Assembly (NCBI GenBank): GCA_002633005.1
Contig: NMRA01000035.1
Location: 414,863-478,862 of the forward strand
Direction: 5' to 3'
DNA length: 64,000 bases
Origin: Phoronis australis
Lineage: Eukaryota; Animalia; Phoronida
Shown: piece after piece, positions 26,901 through 39,087 of the stretch
How positions within the stretch are numbered: position 1 is the stretch's first letter
How the letters are laid out: every line of letters starts with the position of its first letter
Program-made: the position numbers and the translations under genes
The notes under the pieces: generated by a model
Told to the model about the DNA's origin: nothing
The model's input: the letters and a program-made list of their open reading frames with translations, nothing else
Database searches by the model: none

Positions 26901-29900
26901 ATATAGTTTTGTTTGAATAATCGAGTTTGAAGAGCGATTGTTGAACTGGATGTATTAGTTTATATCAGTTTTACACATTTTTGGTTCAAATGCTTCCCCA
27001 ACAAACCATTTACACAATTCTCTCATTTGTAGGGAATCTTCACCCTCAACATTTTGACGGATTTATAAATGTTTGCAGCAAGCTTGTGGTAATTGTTTGT
27101 GGAAAGAAGGGAAGTGGAAGCACGGCCAGACGTTCATAGGCATTGATTAAACCGCGCCCAACCATCGTCAAATTTATGTCATATAAAACCGTGTTGAATG
27201 TGCTACACAACAAGAAGAAAGCCACAAACACTGGAACATTCATTTCGGAAGACCTTACTACGGCAAACTATTTCTTGTTGACACAATCCTTCAAGCATGA
27301 GCAAGTGGACAGATCGTGAAGCCCCAATGGCAAAATATTCCTAAAGCTAAAGGACGGTACCATCAAGAGGATTAAATACCACAGATGACATGATAAACAG
27401 TTGGCCCACGACATTGTTGTGTGACAAATGATCCAAACCCAGGCATGCTTTCTGGAGATTGATTGACGATCATATGAAACTCAACTTTTTTGTTTCTTGT
27501 TTGTTTCCCCCTCCCTCAGTTGGGAATGGTAAGTGTGTCAATGAGATAAGTAATTGACATTATTATTTAAAGGACCATCATCATTTTATATATGTTTTGT
27601 ATTGCTTCCCTTGTGATAAGGCATCGAGGTTCTGTATTGTTTTGAAGATGAAAAATTTAAAACTGGTATCCTTAAATGTCCGGGGATTAAATTCAGATAT
27701 TAAGTGGAAACACTAATTGAATTTCAAATCACGTAGCAAATTTAACATTATTTACAAGAAGCGTATTTTAGACCAGAAATTTTTTAACACATTCTGGAAA
27801 AAGAGTGCAATGGTCTTAATTTTTCAAGCTTTGGAACAAAACATTGAGGAGGAATTACAAGATTATTTGATTCTAATATTTTGCAAAACATTTGGAACAT
27901 TGCAGTAAAATACACTTCAGTATTGCTTCGTGTAAACTCTATGAGGAAAACCTGGTTTTTGTAAATGTTTATTTCCCAAACAAAGAAATCAACTGATCTT
28001 TCTGTCCACACTTGAAGGTGAATTGAGTGACCATTACAGCGTTTTCCAGTTGATCCCAACTTGTTGGATTCTACAGCCCAACAACAAGATGGGAACAGGA
28101 CCCCTGTAACCACAATTGATTAACTCCATTCTGGCATTTATGGTTGGAGGGCCAGCTCTCTTTTGTTCCATAATTGCTCTACTCTCCAATAAGATTGTAT
28201 CAGTGGCCTGACTAGGCTGTGCTGTTAAAAATAAAAGTTAAGCTATAACATATTTGAACATAAACCAATAGCATTTCTGAATTCCTCTTCAAATGATGAT
28301 CGTGTTTAGTTTAAGAATCACTAAAATCGCCCAACTACAACCGAAGTTACGACAATCTATTCTTTCCGAACATGCCAATTCCCTTTGGGTTTGACTGTGT
28401 TCACACCTGGTCTGCAATAAGCCTGGTAGATTATTGGCCTGCATGTTGTCATACCAGACAAAAGACTGTGCTTGGCAGTATTAAATGAGCTACTGGTAGA
28501 TGTTATCACAGGCTCACAACCCCTGGTAAAGTCATTGACCAGGAGAAGGCCCTAATACTCCAGTAATGTAATGTCCTTTGTGCTGGGGATTTTAAATGTC
28601 CAATCACAGACTTGGACAAACTTGGGGAAACTGGCGTCCTTCATAAGAGAAAACTTATCGATAGTATTCATAATTTCTGTAGAAATTTTAGTATAATAGA
28701 TTTATGGAGACGGAGAAACCCTGGAATGAAGAAGTACTCGTGAAGAGAAAAAACAATTAAAAGCCTAAAGTAGACTAGACTATGGACTAGTATAATTAAT
28801 GATTTTACATATTCAGATCATTCAGCTATAATACTTAACGAGGACTGGGTTGTGGAAATTGTATAATAGTTTACTTCTTAAAAAAGACTGCGTGGATGAG
28901 ATCAGAACAATTATTTCTGATCATTACATGACGGGGAACCAAGAAGGTTGTCTTGGGATATTTTAGATAAAAATCAATAAAATTTTCAAAATGCATATGT
29001 TCTAGAAATTAAGACAGCAGGAACAGTTATTAATTGATCATAAATAAGTACACAAGTCAAAAAAGAATCAAGTAATCACTCGTTGCAGTGTAAATTAAAA
29101 TAAAATTCATGTAAATTAAACCCAGNAGATAACTGAACTAAATTTTGACGAGTTTTGCAGACAATAAGCTGAGAAAATATGTTAGCGTCAGACTTAAAGT
29201 TGACAGCTTTGGACCACACAATACCAGTCACAACATAAAAAAAGCAATGGACAAAACTAATGTTTGAGTGCCTATGTGCTGTTATGTACATTACATAGTC
29301 CCTCATAAACAGTGCTGTAGCAGTAAATTAGAGGTAAGCAGGCACCCATAGCCCACTCAGTATCCTTGAGCACTGAACGTAACTTACGGTCCGTAGGCAC
29401 TACGTTCAAATGCCAAAAGGTGGTTGGCTGCGCCTATGCCCCACTACAGCACTGCTCACAAACAACTTGACTAGGCATGAAGACACCTCTGACCAACAAA
29501 CCGTGCTAGTGGTGGAATTAACGGTATTGTTTCCATCTCCTGATATGCACTCAGACGTCAGATTTTCGTCTTGACCAGTTGAGTTGACCATCTCGACCAG
29601 AGCAACACTGAGGTTTACACGCATGGCATAAACGTTGAAAAAACCAAGGAAAGCAAGTAAAGCCAATGTATGCCTTGCACCAAAACATCCTGAAAAAGCA
29701 TTCAAATACGCTGAAGACATTTATTTATAAAATCAGATCTATACACACCAAGATATCATTGACCAAAAAGTAAATGTGGACACCGATACTTTAAACAAGT
29801 TTAGTAGTAATTTATATATAGTTTTGTTTGAATAATCGAGTTTGAAGAGCAATTGTTGAACTGGATGTATTAGTTTATATCAGTTTTACACATTTTTGGT

Positions 29901-32900
29901 TCAAATGCTTCCCCAACAAACCATTTACACAATTCTCTCGTTTGTAGGGAATCTTCACCCTCAACATTTTGACGGCTTTATAAATGTTTGCAGCAAGCTT
30001 GTGGTAATTGTTTGTGGAAAGAAGGGAAGTGGAAGCACGGCCAGACGTTCATAGGCATTGATCAAACCGCGCCCAACCATCGTCAAATTTATGTCATATA
30101 AAACCGTGTTGAATGTGCTACACAACAAGAAGAGAGCCACAAACACTGGAACATTCATTTGAGAAGACCTTACTATGGCAAACTATTCCTTGTTGACACA
30201 ATCCTTCAAGCATGAGCAAGTGGACAGATCGTGAAGCCCCAATGGCAAAATATTCCTAAAGCTAAAGGACGGTACCATCAAGAGAATTAAATTCCACAGA
30301 TGACATATAAACAGTTGGCCCACGACATTGTTGTGTGACAAATGATCCAAACCCAGGCATGCTTTCTGGAGATAGATTGATGATCATATGAAACTCAACT
30401 TTTTTGTTTCTTTGTTGTTTGTTTCCCCCTCCCTCAGTTGGGAATGGTAAGTGTGTCAATGAGATAAGTAATTGACATTATTATTTAAAGGACCATCATC
30501 ATTTTATATATGTTTTGTATTGCTTCCCTTGTGATTAGGCATCGAGGTTCTGTATTGTTTTGAAGATGAAAAATTTAAAACTGGTATCCTTAAATGTCCG
30601 GGGATTAAATTCAGATATTAAGTGGAAACACTAATTGAATTTCAAATCACGTAGCAAATTTAACATTATTTACACGAAGCGTATTTTAGACCAGAAATTT
30701 TTGAACACATTCTGGAAAAAGAGTGCAATGGTCTTAATTTTTCAAGCTTTGGAACAAAACATTGAGGAGGAATTACAATATTATTTGATTCTAATATTTT
30801 GCAAAACATTTGGAACATTGCAATAAAATACACTTCAATATTGCTTCGTGTAAACTCTATGAGGAAAACCTGGTTTTTGTAAATGTTTATTTCCCAAACA
30901 AAGAAATCAACTGATCTTTCTGTCCATACTTGAACGTGAATTGAGTGACCATTACAGCGTTTTCCAGTTGATCCCAACTTGTTGGATTCTACAGCCCAAC
31001 AACAAGATGGGAACAGGACCCCTGTAACCAAAATTGATTAACTCCATTCTGGCATTTATGGTTGGAGGGCCAGCTCTCTTTTGTTCCATAATTGCTCTAA
31101 TCTCCAATAAGATTGTATCAGTGGCCTGACTAGGCTGTGCTGTTAAAAATAAAAGTTAAGCTATAACATATTTGAACATAAACCAATAGCATTTCTGAAT
31201 TCCTCTTCAAATGATGATCGTGTTTAGTTTAACAATCACTAAAATCGCCCAACTACAACCGAAGTTACGACAATCTATTCTTTCCGAACGTGCCAATAGC
31301 GGATTTGCAGCGACGCCATATTGAAATTAGGTTAAAATGGTGCATTGTGGGTGCTGTGGTCAGGACTCTGAAAGCGGCCATAGTAACAAGCATAATACGC
31401 GGTATGAGCGAGCAGAAAACTTACGGCGGATACACTTGTTGTGTTCCTGGCTGCTTCAAAAACAACAAGAGAGATAAAAATCTGAGTTTTTGTGTTCCCT
31501 GCAAACCAAGAACTTCGTGAAAATGGATAAACAACAATAGGAGAGCTGGGAGTAAGGGGAAATTTAGCGCATTCAAACCAACGCGGGGCCATCTAGTAGG
31601 CAACACGTAGCCCCTAGGTTGGCCATATAGGGGCTACAATACTTCCATTCGCTTTCTGTATTCATTTCGTTACTTCAGTGTATTTTAAATGGGCCGTGAC
31701 CGGATTTGGGTTACCGATTTTGAGTTTTCAACTCGTCAAAAATACAATCTACACTTAGAACTATCATTTAAGAAACGCTTACTTTCATCATTGGTCCTTT
31801 TTACTTCTATTCATATCTTTGATGAAGCTTAGTTGTGAGAATTAAGTTGACTTTGGCGAAGAATTACAACTCCACTATTTTGGTTGCCGTTAATTTTATC
31901 ACCGCGTGCGCGATAACCACAAAGCATGTCAACTGAATCCCGTGAGTTAGGCAAAGGTTAGCGCGAGACTGAGCGAAGCGCGTGACGCTAGCGCGCGACA
32001 CTTGAGAAGGTATCGGGTGAAACTTGTAAAATGTGTGTCCCTTGGACTTTTTATTCGTCAACATGCGTAATTTCACGTAACTTCCTCAAAATGGCACCCG
32101 GTAACTGAGAGAAACTCGAGCAAACCGCGACAGATTTTCATCGATTTGTTTAAGTTTTGCTGACTAAATTGTATCCAAAGTCGTGGTATGTGTTAATTAT
32201 AACTCCGTGTTCCTATATGTATGGTTCATTTGATTTTATTTGCTGTATTTTGAAATGAGTAACTTTTTGTGAGGATGTACTATCGCCCCTGAATGCCTGC
32301 GGCATCCAGTGCGATGTAATTGCCTAGGGGCCATCGTGTGTGCAGCGAACATTTTCCTGGTGGAAAAAAGACGTATGAGAACAACATTCCGACGGAGTTT
32401 CCTCTTAAAATTAACGTCTCTAGCATATCCACGGCGAAAGTTACAAAATTTAAGCAACCCAAGAACTCTCAACTTGTCTGAAACCGGAGGAGATTTCGAA
32501 ATCAACGCCGATAGCCCCAATACTGAACATGACGACAGTCGTGCCCTCGGTCACTGATCATAGCTGCGCTGTGTTTACAAACGAGAGAGAGGACTTGCTT
32601 GGTATTATAAAGCAAAAAAATGAAACATGGTTTTTAGTTTGCAAATCACTCCAAATGCACACACTGTCCAGCCTGCTCAAGACATGCCTGACCACAAGCT
32701 ATCCCATGAGCCTTCGCGAAGGAAGTAACTCGCACATGCGCAATGCGTAGTTCGTTTGCGCTGCAAATCCGCTATTCCCTTTGGGTTTGACTGTGTTCAC
32801 ACCTGATGTGCAATAAGCCTGGTAGATTATTGGCCTGCATGTTGTCATACCAGACAAAAGACTGTGCTTGGCAGTAATAAATGAGCTACTAGTAGATATT

Positions 32901-35900
32901 ATAACAGGCTCACAACCCCTGGTAAAGTCATTGACCAGGAGAAGGCCCTAATACTCCAGTAATGTAATGTCCTTTGTGCTGGAGATTTTAACTGCCCTGA
33001 CACTCACAGACTTGGACAAACTTGGGGTAACTTGCGTCCTTCATAAAAGAAAACTTATCGATAGTATTCATAATTTCTGTAGAAATTTTAGTCCAATAGA
33101 TTTATGGAGACAGAAAAACCCTGGAATAAAGAAGTACTCCTGAAGAGAAAAAACAATTAAAAACCCAAAGTAGACTAGACTATGTACTAGTTGACACTGG
33201 TATGTCTTCAAGGTGTCATTGTATAATTAATGATTTTACATATTCAGATCATTCAGCTATAATACTTAATGTTAATGTTAGTAACTCCCAACGAGGACTG
33301 GGTTGTGGAAATTATATAATAGTTCACTTCTTAAAAAAGACTGCGTGGATGAGATCAGAACAATTATTTCTGATCATTACATGACGGGGAACCAAGAAGG
33401 TTGTCTTGGGATATTTTAGATACAAATCAATAAAATTTTCAAAATGCGAATGTTCTAGAAATTAAGACAGCAGGAACAGTTATTAATAGATCATAAATAA
33501 CTACACAAGTCAAAAAAGAATCAAGTAATCACTCGTTGCAGTGTAAATTAAAATAAAATTCATGTAAATTAAACCCAGAAAGTTTACAAACCCAAGTAAT
33601 AAAAGGTAGTATTGTTAGAAGTAAAGACCGGTGGGTGGAAGAAGGTAAAACAAATTCTACATATTTTTTAAATCTTGAAAAACATAACCAAGGTAAAAAC
33701 ATATAACAGACCTGTAGTCAAATTGCAGACCCGAAAGAGATACAAAACATTCAACCAGCTTATTCTGAAAGACTATGAGGATATAGGTATCCCTGATATA
33801 TTCACTAATTATAAAGTGCTGACAGATGACCAGTCCTTATTGTTTGAACAAGAGGTCACAGAGGACTAACTCTATGGTGCTTTAAAACAATCCCAAAACA
33901 ATAAAACACCAGGCAATGACAGTTTAGGATATAAATTTTATAAAACATTTTGATATACTATTAAACAATAACAGTTTTAAAACAGGAAAATTGTCAACCT
34001 CCTAAAGGCAAGGTGTTATTACACTTATCCCCAAAAGTACAAATAGGGATGAATTGAAATATCTAGAAAATTGGTGACCCATTTCATTATTGAATTGTGA
34101 CTATAAATTATTTAAAATGGTTATTGCCAACAGACTAATTAAGTACATTCATAAGTTTATTCATCCAGACCAAACTACTGTTTCAAAACGATTTATTGAT
34201 CAAAATATTAGATTAATACAGGACATAACATTGTATTATACCAATAACAACCTCAAAAGACATATTATATTTTTTAAAAGTGTATATCAATTTAAATTGG
34301 TCCTTTCTTCAGAAAACTCTTTTGTCTTTTAAATTTGGTCCCAAATTAATTCAACAGATGAAAACCATATATAACGATATTGTCTTGTGTTCAAAACAAT
34401 GAATTTACTTGTGGTTATTTTGATGACAAGAGAAGCCTTCCTCAAGGGGACCCTTTGAGTAGTTAACCTTTTATACTATGAGCCATTAAATTAGAAATAC
34501 TGTAGGTAATCCCTTGATCAAAGGATTGTATATTGATAGGCATGAAGTAAAAATAGCCCAGTACGCTGATGATACAATCTTTTTTAGTCAGAACGAAATA
34601 TCTGGAACAGAATGTTTTGAATTTCTCGGAAGATTTGGTGACATGTCTGGTCTTAAAATAAATCAACGAAAATGTGAAGGAATGTCTTTAAGCCACACAG
34701 TCTGAAAGTAGAAAATGTATAACATAAATTGGCCAGAAAGAAATATTTTAAATGTCTGGGTGTTTATTTCGGTAAATACGAAAAGGAAAAAATAGGCATT
34801 TTTATTTTGAAAAAAAAATTCGGAACTTACTAGGAAACTTTTAAATATATGGAAAACAAGAATATTAACATTCCATCGAAGAATTGTCACAACTAAAACT
34901 GTTACGCTATCCAAATATCTGTCCTTGAATTGATATGGGATTTGTGCGAACAAATCGAAAGTTTTAAATGATTTAATTTGGTCAGGGAAACCACCTAAAA
35001 CAAAGAAAAGTGTTCCAATGGCCTCTTATGAAGGTGGTGGTTTAAAAGTCCCAGATATGATCCTTATAAAGGAAGGTATTTTAGTCAACTGGGTTAAGAC
35101 TTCAGCCTCTGGAAAATGGAAGTTGGAAGTTTTACCCACAATATATCCTGAAGAATTATGGTGGTGAACTGTTGTGGTCATGTAATTTTAAAGTAAACAA
35201 ACTGTTTAGAACCATAAATGATGGTTTTTATAAAGAAGTTTTGACGGTGAGTGAGCAGTCACTATATTACGGTATACAAAGATTTTGTTAAGAACGGGAT
35301 ATGTTTCATCAATGACTTTTTTGATGCTGAAAATAAGCTGCTATCGTGGGAGGTGCTCAAGGCAAAATATAACGTAAAAGATTTTCAAATTTTGAGTTTT
35401 AATTCCATATGTATTATTTTATCTAGAAAACATGATTAACGTCATCAGTGATAGGTTGGCTGCAACAATAACATTTGCTTAGATAACAGTAAAATTGCAA
35501 AAGAAAAAATCAAAAATATTTTGTTTCAGAAGTATTGCAAAAAACAATCACGAAAATTTTTTGCAGCATTACTCAAAACAAGATATTCAAAAAATTTATT
35601 CCTTGCCTTTTACACTTCCTCTCCATCCATGCATTAAAATTTTAAGTATATGTTGTTGCATAACAGAGTGCACACTAACTCATTGTTATGAAGATCGTAT
35701 AATCCAGATAAATGTCTCTACTGTAATCTAGTGCACAATACTGAACAGTGTTTTTCCATAGTAATGTGGTGCAAAGATTGTTGAGTAATGTTTAAGATAT
35801 TTTGACATCTTCCCTTATGAAAGATGTCAAAATGAACTCATGTTTTGCCATTTGAGTTCTTCTGAATTCTCCCTGTTGATTAATTATGCTATCACTTTCG

Positions 35901-38900
35901 CCCAATATTTTATTTATTTATTAACCAACAGCAGTTGCATCCAGATTGGTCTGCGTTTAAGTTATTCATGTTAGAATATGTTAAAATTCAAAAACAAAAA
36001 GAACCGGACAACATTAAAATTAGAATGGGGAAGAGCTTCGTGCTGCCACGCAATGAATCTGTTTTACATTAAGTTCATAAATTGTTTAGTGTTCTTTCTA
36101 TTAAATGATGAAGTGTGTGAATGAGTGTGAGCATGAGTGAAAGCCCTGCCCCCTTTCCTTGTTCACCCTTTAACTTATAAACTACTAAATTCCGTCCTTC
36201 AAAAAATAGAATCATATCCATGAGCATCGCAACTTATGCACGAACATACAAACCCATCAATCATGCATAGGAACCCAAAAATCACACATGCAATTAAAAA
36301 TCATGCGCACAAACCACAAAAATCATGCATGCCAACACAAAATCATACAGTCACGAGCATTCAATTACACGCAATAACACTTTTGGCTTAAGCCAGGTGG
36401 GTCGTGCATGATTCAGATGCTCGTGTGAATGATATGTGTCCGTGTGAACTTTGTGGTTCGTGTGTATCATTTTCATTCGTCTGGTGCAGAGTTTAAATGT
36501 TAAAAAACAATACGACATTTGATGTTGGATAACTTCTTTCTGCATTTCTTGCATTGTCAATAAAATACTCCTCGAGTGCAGATTGCATCAGTGCAGTAGC
36601 TCCCCAAGCAACATCGTTAAAAGAACTAATGATAGAAATTTTTTTTTTGAAAATATATTAGACTGCAGTACTTCATGTATACTTCATTCATCCAAGGCAA
36701 GACATAAAATGAGGTCTTTGTGAGCAGCCAGACATCACTGCAAAGGTCATGACATAACAAACCATTCACAGCATTGCTTGGTATAGCAGGTGACCAAACA
36801 GACTGGCTACAACATCAATAGGCTAGCCAGTGGGCACAGCAGATGAGTCCAGTTGAATAGACAGACTGCTTTATTAGAGCCTGTAAAGGTTAAGAACAGG
36901 CTTCTCCATCAATAAAATTAACCTTTGTTTAACTCCGTAGTGATGACTGATGTGTGGTGTGTTACAATTTTATTTATGCTACCATCAGGGGTTCCATAAC
37001 AAAAAAATCCAAGTATTGAAGGACTCCTTTACTTCTTTATTCAGGAAGTCAAATTTGTGCATGCTCAGTAATGCCAAAGACTTTCTGGAAAGCAGTCTTA
37101 ATTGTGACAATTTAAAAATCACTCTAAAGCCCACGACAATTAAACGAAATGTAATAACATTAACTTAACACACATTGATACAATTCCATCGGAATGTGTA
37201 CCTTGTTTCAATATGGATATGTAGGCTTATTATTTGGCAAATGTGAGGCGATACTCGGGCACATTCCACTCACAGGCAGCCACAGGGTTTATCACTACAG
37301 TAAATCAAATACGAAGCCCTTAACATAAACAAACTGCTGTACACTTGTTAAGTGGCCATCCTAAAAACCTTCCCAACTTACCGACCCTGGACTTCAGACA
37401 CTGAGGGGAAATGAAAATGGTATTTGATAGAAACGTTTTGTAAGCGATAGGATTTTTAAAGGCGATCTTTAAGTAGTAGAGCCCACTTTTGAGATTATAG
37501 GGCTTGCAGGTATCCCATCTTCATGAAGTTTGGGATTAACATATAAATACCCTTCAGCAAAATCACCCCCAACCATATCAAATACATTTACCAGTCTGGA
37601 CAGAACTAATGATGGCATGAAGTTCTACCTGTAATTTAAGAACCGGCGACGGACTTACAGGTGTAAATTTGCCAGTGTCAAAGATCAATCTATCAAGTTT
37701 TTCAACATAGTGGTTTCTATCCATGATAATGAACACTGCAGATTTATCACCTTTTCTGACTACAATGTCAGAGTTGAGTCTTTAAAACCTGTTGCTGCAT
37801 CCTTCCTGTGCAGAATGAGATGCATGCATATCCACTCAAGGAGTATTTTTATATAATACGCGAAATGCCAAAAGAAGTTATTCAACAACGAAGTTGTCAT
37901 ATAGTTTTTAACAAATTCTAGTGCACCAGAGAGGCACTGCTGCCAAGTTATGTAGCTGCGATTTTTATTCGCATGCACGATTTTTGGGTGCCTATGCATG
38001 ATGCATGACTCACAGGTTTGTAGGTGGTTCACATGTGTAAGATTCAATGCTTGTATGATTCTATGATACCCCTGATTCGGTTACCCTAAACTCAGCTGTT
38101 AGGAAAAAAATGGTAATTTAGAAAACTGCAACGACATTTTTGAGATTTCATCTTGAACATTTGCATCAAATGATATTTGGTCATATGTTCTGCTGTTCAC
38201 GAATGTATATTTTATATTACTAAAAACAAAGTCCCGTGACCTGATTCACAGCAGATTAATTATAAAGACTAATTAAATTTTACTGCCTTTGTACTTTGAC
38301 CTCCTTGTGTTTTAATTAAATACATAATTGGTTTGTCGGTTAGTCCTACTAGTACATATTCATAACCTCAAGGATCAACAAGCGCCGTCCCAAAAGGCAA
38401 TTAACATTGTGGTACACCAATAAATGTATACTTGTACAAGAATACATTGGACAGAAACTGGTGATTATTGCACCCTGTGAATGTGATAATTTGAAACACA
38501 AGAAATCAGTTTCGTCATGGTATTTGAATTCAATTAATCAATGCATGAAGTGTTTAAATCATTTTCTGACAGATCACAAACATATATTTATAAACATTGC
38601 ATGGTTATAGAGGCTCTGATAGCGTTCACCGATAGAGCCAGCCACCCAGTTTCAGCTACTGATATATCACGGCAGTCGCATTCTTCAGTGCCTGCGTGCT
38701 TATCGAAATCTGGAAATCAGGCAGGCGCTATGTTGCTAATGCCGTAATGGGCTATTCTCTACTGATCGCGTAACTTCGGCGCCGCGGCTGCAAAGTGATT
38801 GTTGTAGGCCTACATGCATTGCTGTTTAGGACACAATGCATTGTTTTAGCATTAATTATGGCAACGCAAACGCGAAAGCCGGTGTGTTCCAAACATGCAG

Positions 38901-39087
38901 AACCATTTCTTCAATACACGAGGGCTTATCAAAACGTTTCCCACTATCCCACTTTGTAATCCTTTGTTGTTGTCTTCCTAACAAGGAATTTAGACTGACC
39001 TGGTTTTGCTTTCAAAACTTTCACAGACACATCGTGACTCTTGTCATCTGCAGATGCTAAATCGTCGTATGCTGTGACACCATTCAT
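5994..39087 (-). CDS. SLC17A5: Sialin-like SLC17 (MFS anion:cation symporter) transporter, 11 exons, ~532 codons, with in-frame TAG in exon 9
   Basis: Exons (minus, GT-AG, phases consistent): 39087-39000 ([14 protein letters not shown]); 29689-29502 [duplicate 26770-26583] ([34 protein letters not shown]); 25517-25284 ([27 protein letters not shown]); 22205-22118 ([23 protein letters not shown]); 20255-20166 ([22 protein letters not shown]); 18855-18713 ([18 protein letters not shown]); 16599-16450 ([15 protein letters not shown]); 16090-15958 [duplicate 11702-11570]; 12638-12480 [duplicate 9873-9715]; 7432-7347 ([19 protein letters not shown]); 6233-5994 ([19 protein letters not shown]). Orthology to SLC17A5 rather than another invertebrate SLC17 paralogue is not proven. 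Confidence 0.85.
8042..8424. mobile_element. MITE with ~70-bp TIRs and an internal ~100-bp direct duplication
   Basis: A perfect 21-bp inverted core CCTTACCATGATAGGATTCTA (8091-8111 / 8357-8377) lies within longer imperfect arms. An internal repeat CATC(A/G)GTGATTCAGGAAAATGCTTGAGAG occurs at about 8140 and 8240. Confidence 0.7.
10084..10532. mobile_element. Old MITE with ~25-bp TIRs (second copy ~12845-14932 hosts the Kolobok insertion)
   Basis: CGGGATTTTCCGTAGATTAGCCCAC ... GTGGGCTTATCTA(C/T)(A/G)GGAAATC form an imperfect inverted pair in both duplicated copies. Confidence 0.55.
11961..12019. mobile_element. Left end of a Kolobok-type element running into the assembly gap
   Basis: TTAA (11957-11960) is followed by AGGAGCATGCCACCCAAAAAACAACCT.., nearly identical to 13067 onward. 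The matching site in the other copy (TTAA 16338-16341) is empty. Confidence 0.8.
13067..14724 (-). mobile_element. Non-autonomous Kolobok-type DNA transposon (1658 bp) with THAP-domain remnant
   Basis: Perfect 15-bp TIR AGGAGAATGCCACCC and TTAA TSD (13063-13066 / 14725-14728). The empty TTAA site is at 10323-10326. ORF 14564-14286 has the THAP motif C-x-V-P-x-C...FFRLP...W...RVCGRHF. TTAA TSD, purine-purine termini and THAP together fit Kolobok; piggyBac ends are CCC. Confidence 0.82.
16684..16833. mobile_element. hAT-type MITE (CAGTGCTG termini), same family as 26391-26535
   Basis: CAGTGCTGTAGT...ACCACAGCACTG with a degenerate 8-bp TSD TGCCCATT/TGTACATT. The internal sequence matches the reverse complement of 26391-26535. 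Confidence 0.75.
20480..21275 (+). mobile_element. Probable Helentron/HINE-like non-autonomous element remnant
   Basis: Repeated ATTTCATGAAAATCC-type motifs (about 20596 and 20724) and a terminal stem-loop TATGCACCCACATAT-AA-ATATGTGGGCGCATA (21241-21272). The left boundary is approximate. Confidence 0.4.
22433..22674. mobile_element. MITE with CATG termini and 5-bp TSD
   Basis: CATGTGCACACCCAG ... CTGGATGCGCGCATG flanked by ATCTG on both sides (22428-22432, 22675-22679). Confidence 0.65.
26391..26535. mobile_element. hAT-type MITE, 145 bp (duplicate at 29310-29454)
   Basis: CAGTGCTG...CAGCACTG termini with a perfect 8-bp TSD CTCACAAA (26383-26390, 26536-26543). Confidence 0.85.
27648..29125 (+). 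mobile_element. L1/Tx1-clade LINE ORF2 endonuclease remnant (first duplicate copy)
   Basis: ATG at 27648 gives [16 protein letters not shown], the N-terminus of an APE endonuclease. Later GDF, SRLDY and SDHS motifs are present with many disruptions. Confidence 0.75.
31298..32773 (+). mobile_element. Non-autonomous ISL2EU-type (PHIS group) DNA transposon with split THAP remnant
   Basis: Perfect 15-bp TIR AGCGGATTTGCAGCG and a 2-bp AT TSD, deduced from the empty site CCAATTCCC (AT at 28378-28379). The THAP N-half [15 protein letters not shown] (about 31404-31593) resumes as [20 protein letters not shown] after 32327. Confidence 0.78.
31594..32326. mobile_element. Nested 733-bp non-coding element with 8-9 bp TSD, short asymmetric subterminal IR and hairpins at both ends (Zisupton-like candidate)
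   Basis: GGGGCCATC is duplicated at 31585-31593 and 32327-32335. IR TAGGCAA/TTGCCTA. Left hairpin GTAGCCCCT..AGGGGCTAC; right hairpin TCGC-CTG-ATGCC..GGCAT-CAG-GCGA. Removing it restores the THAP frame. The superfamily assignment is inference. Confidence 0.75.
36810..37762 (-). mobile_element. Penelope-like retroelement RT fragment
   Basis: The minus strand reads [32 protein letters not shown] and [19 protein letters not shown], matching Penelope RT motifs (KADK..V.MD...Y; YGLPK.HK...P.RPI.S). The 3' boundary is uncertain. Confidence 0.7.

Larger units (their letters stand above)
26209..33578. repeat. Tandem near-identical duplication (26209-29125 vs 29127-33578) joined at a single N; probable uncollapsed haplotypes
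   Basis: Both copies start AGATAACTGAAC and end AAACCCAG, with an N at 29126. Each holds SLC17 exon 2, a hAT MITE and the start of the L1/Tx1 element. The second copy has an extra 1476-bp insertion. Confidence 0.85.
30566..36030 (+). mobile_element. Decayed L1/Tx1-clade LINE ORF2 (APE endonuclease + RT), antisense in SLC17 intron 1
   Basis: Motifs [63 protein letters not shown] and GGLKVPD, with many stops and frameshifts. Interrupted by 31298-32773. The right boundary is approximate. Confidence 0.88.
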
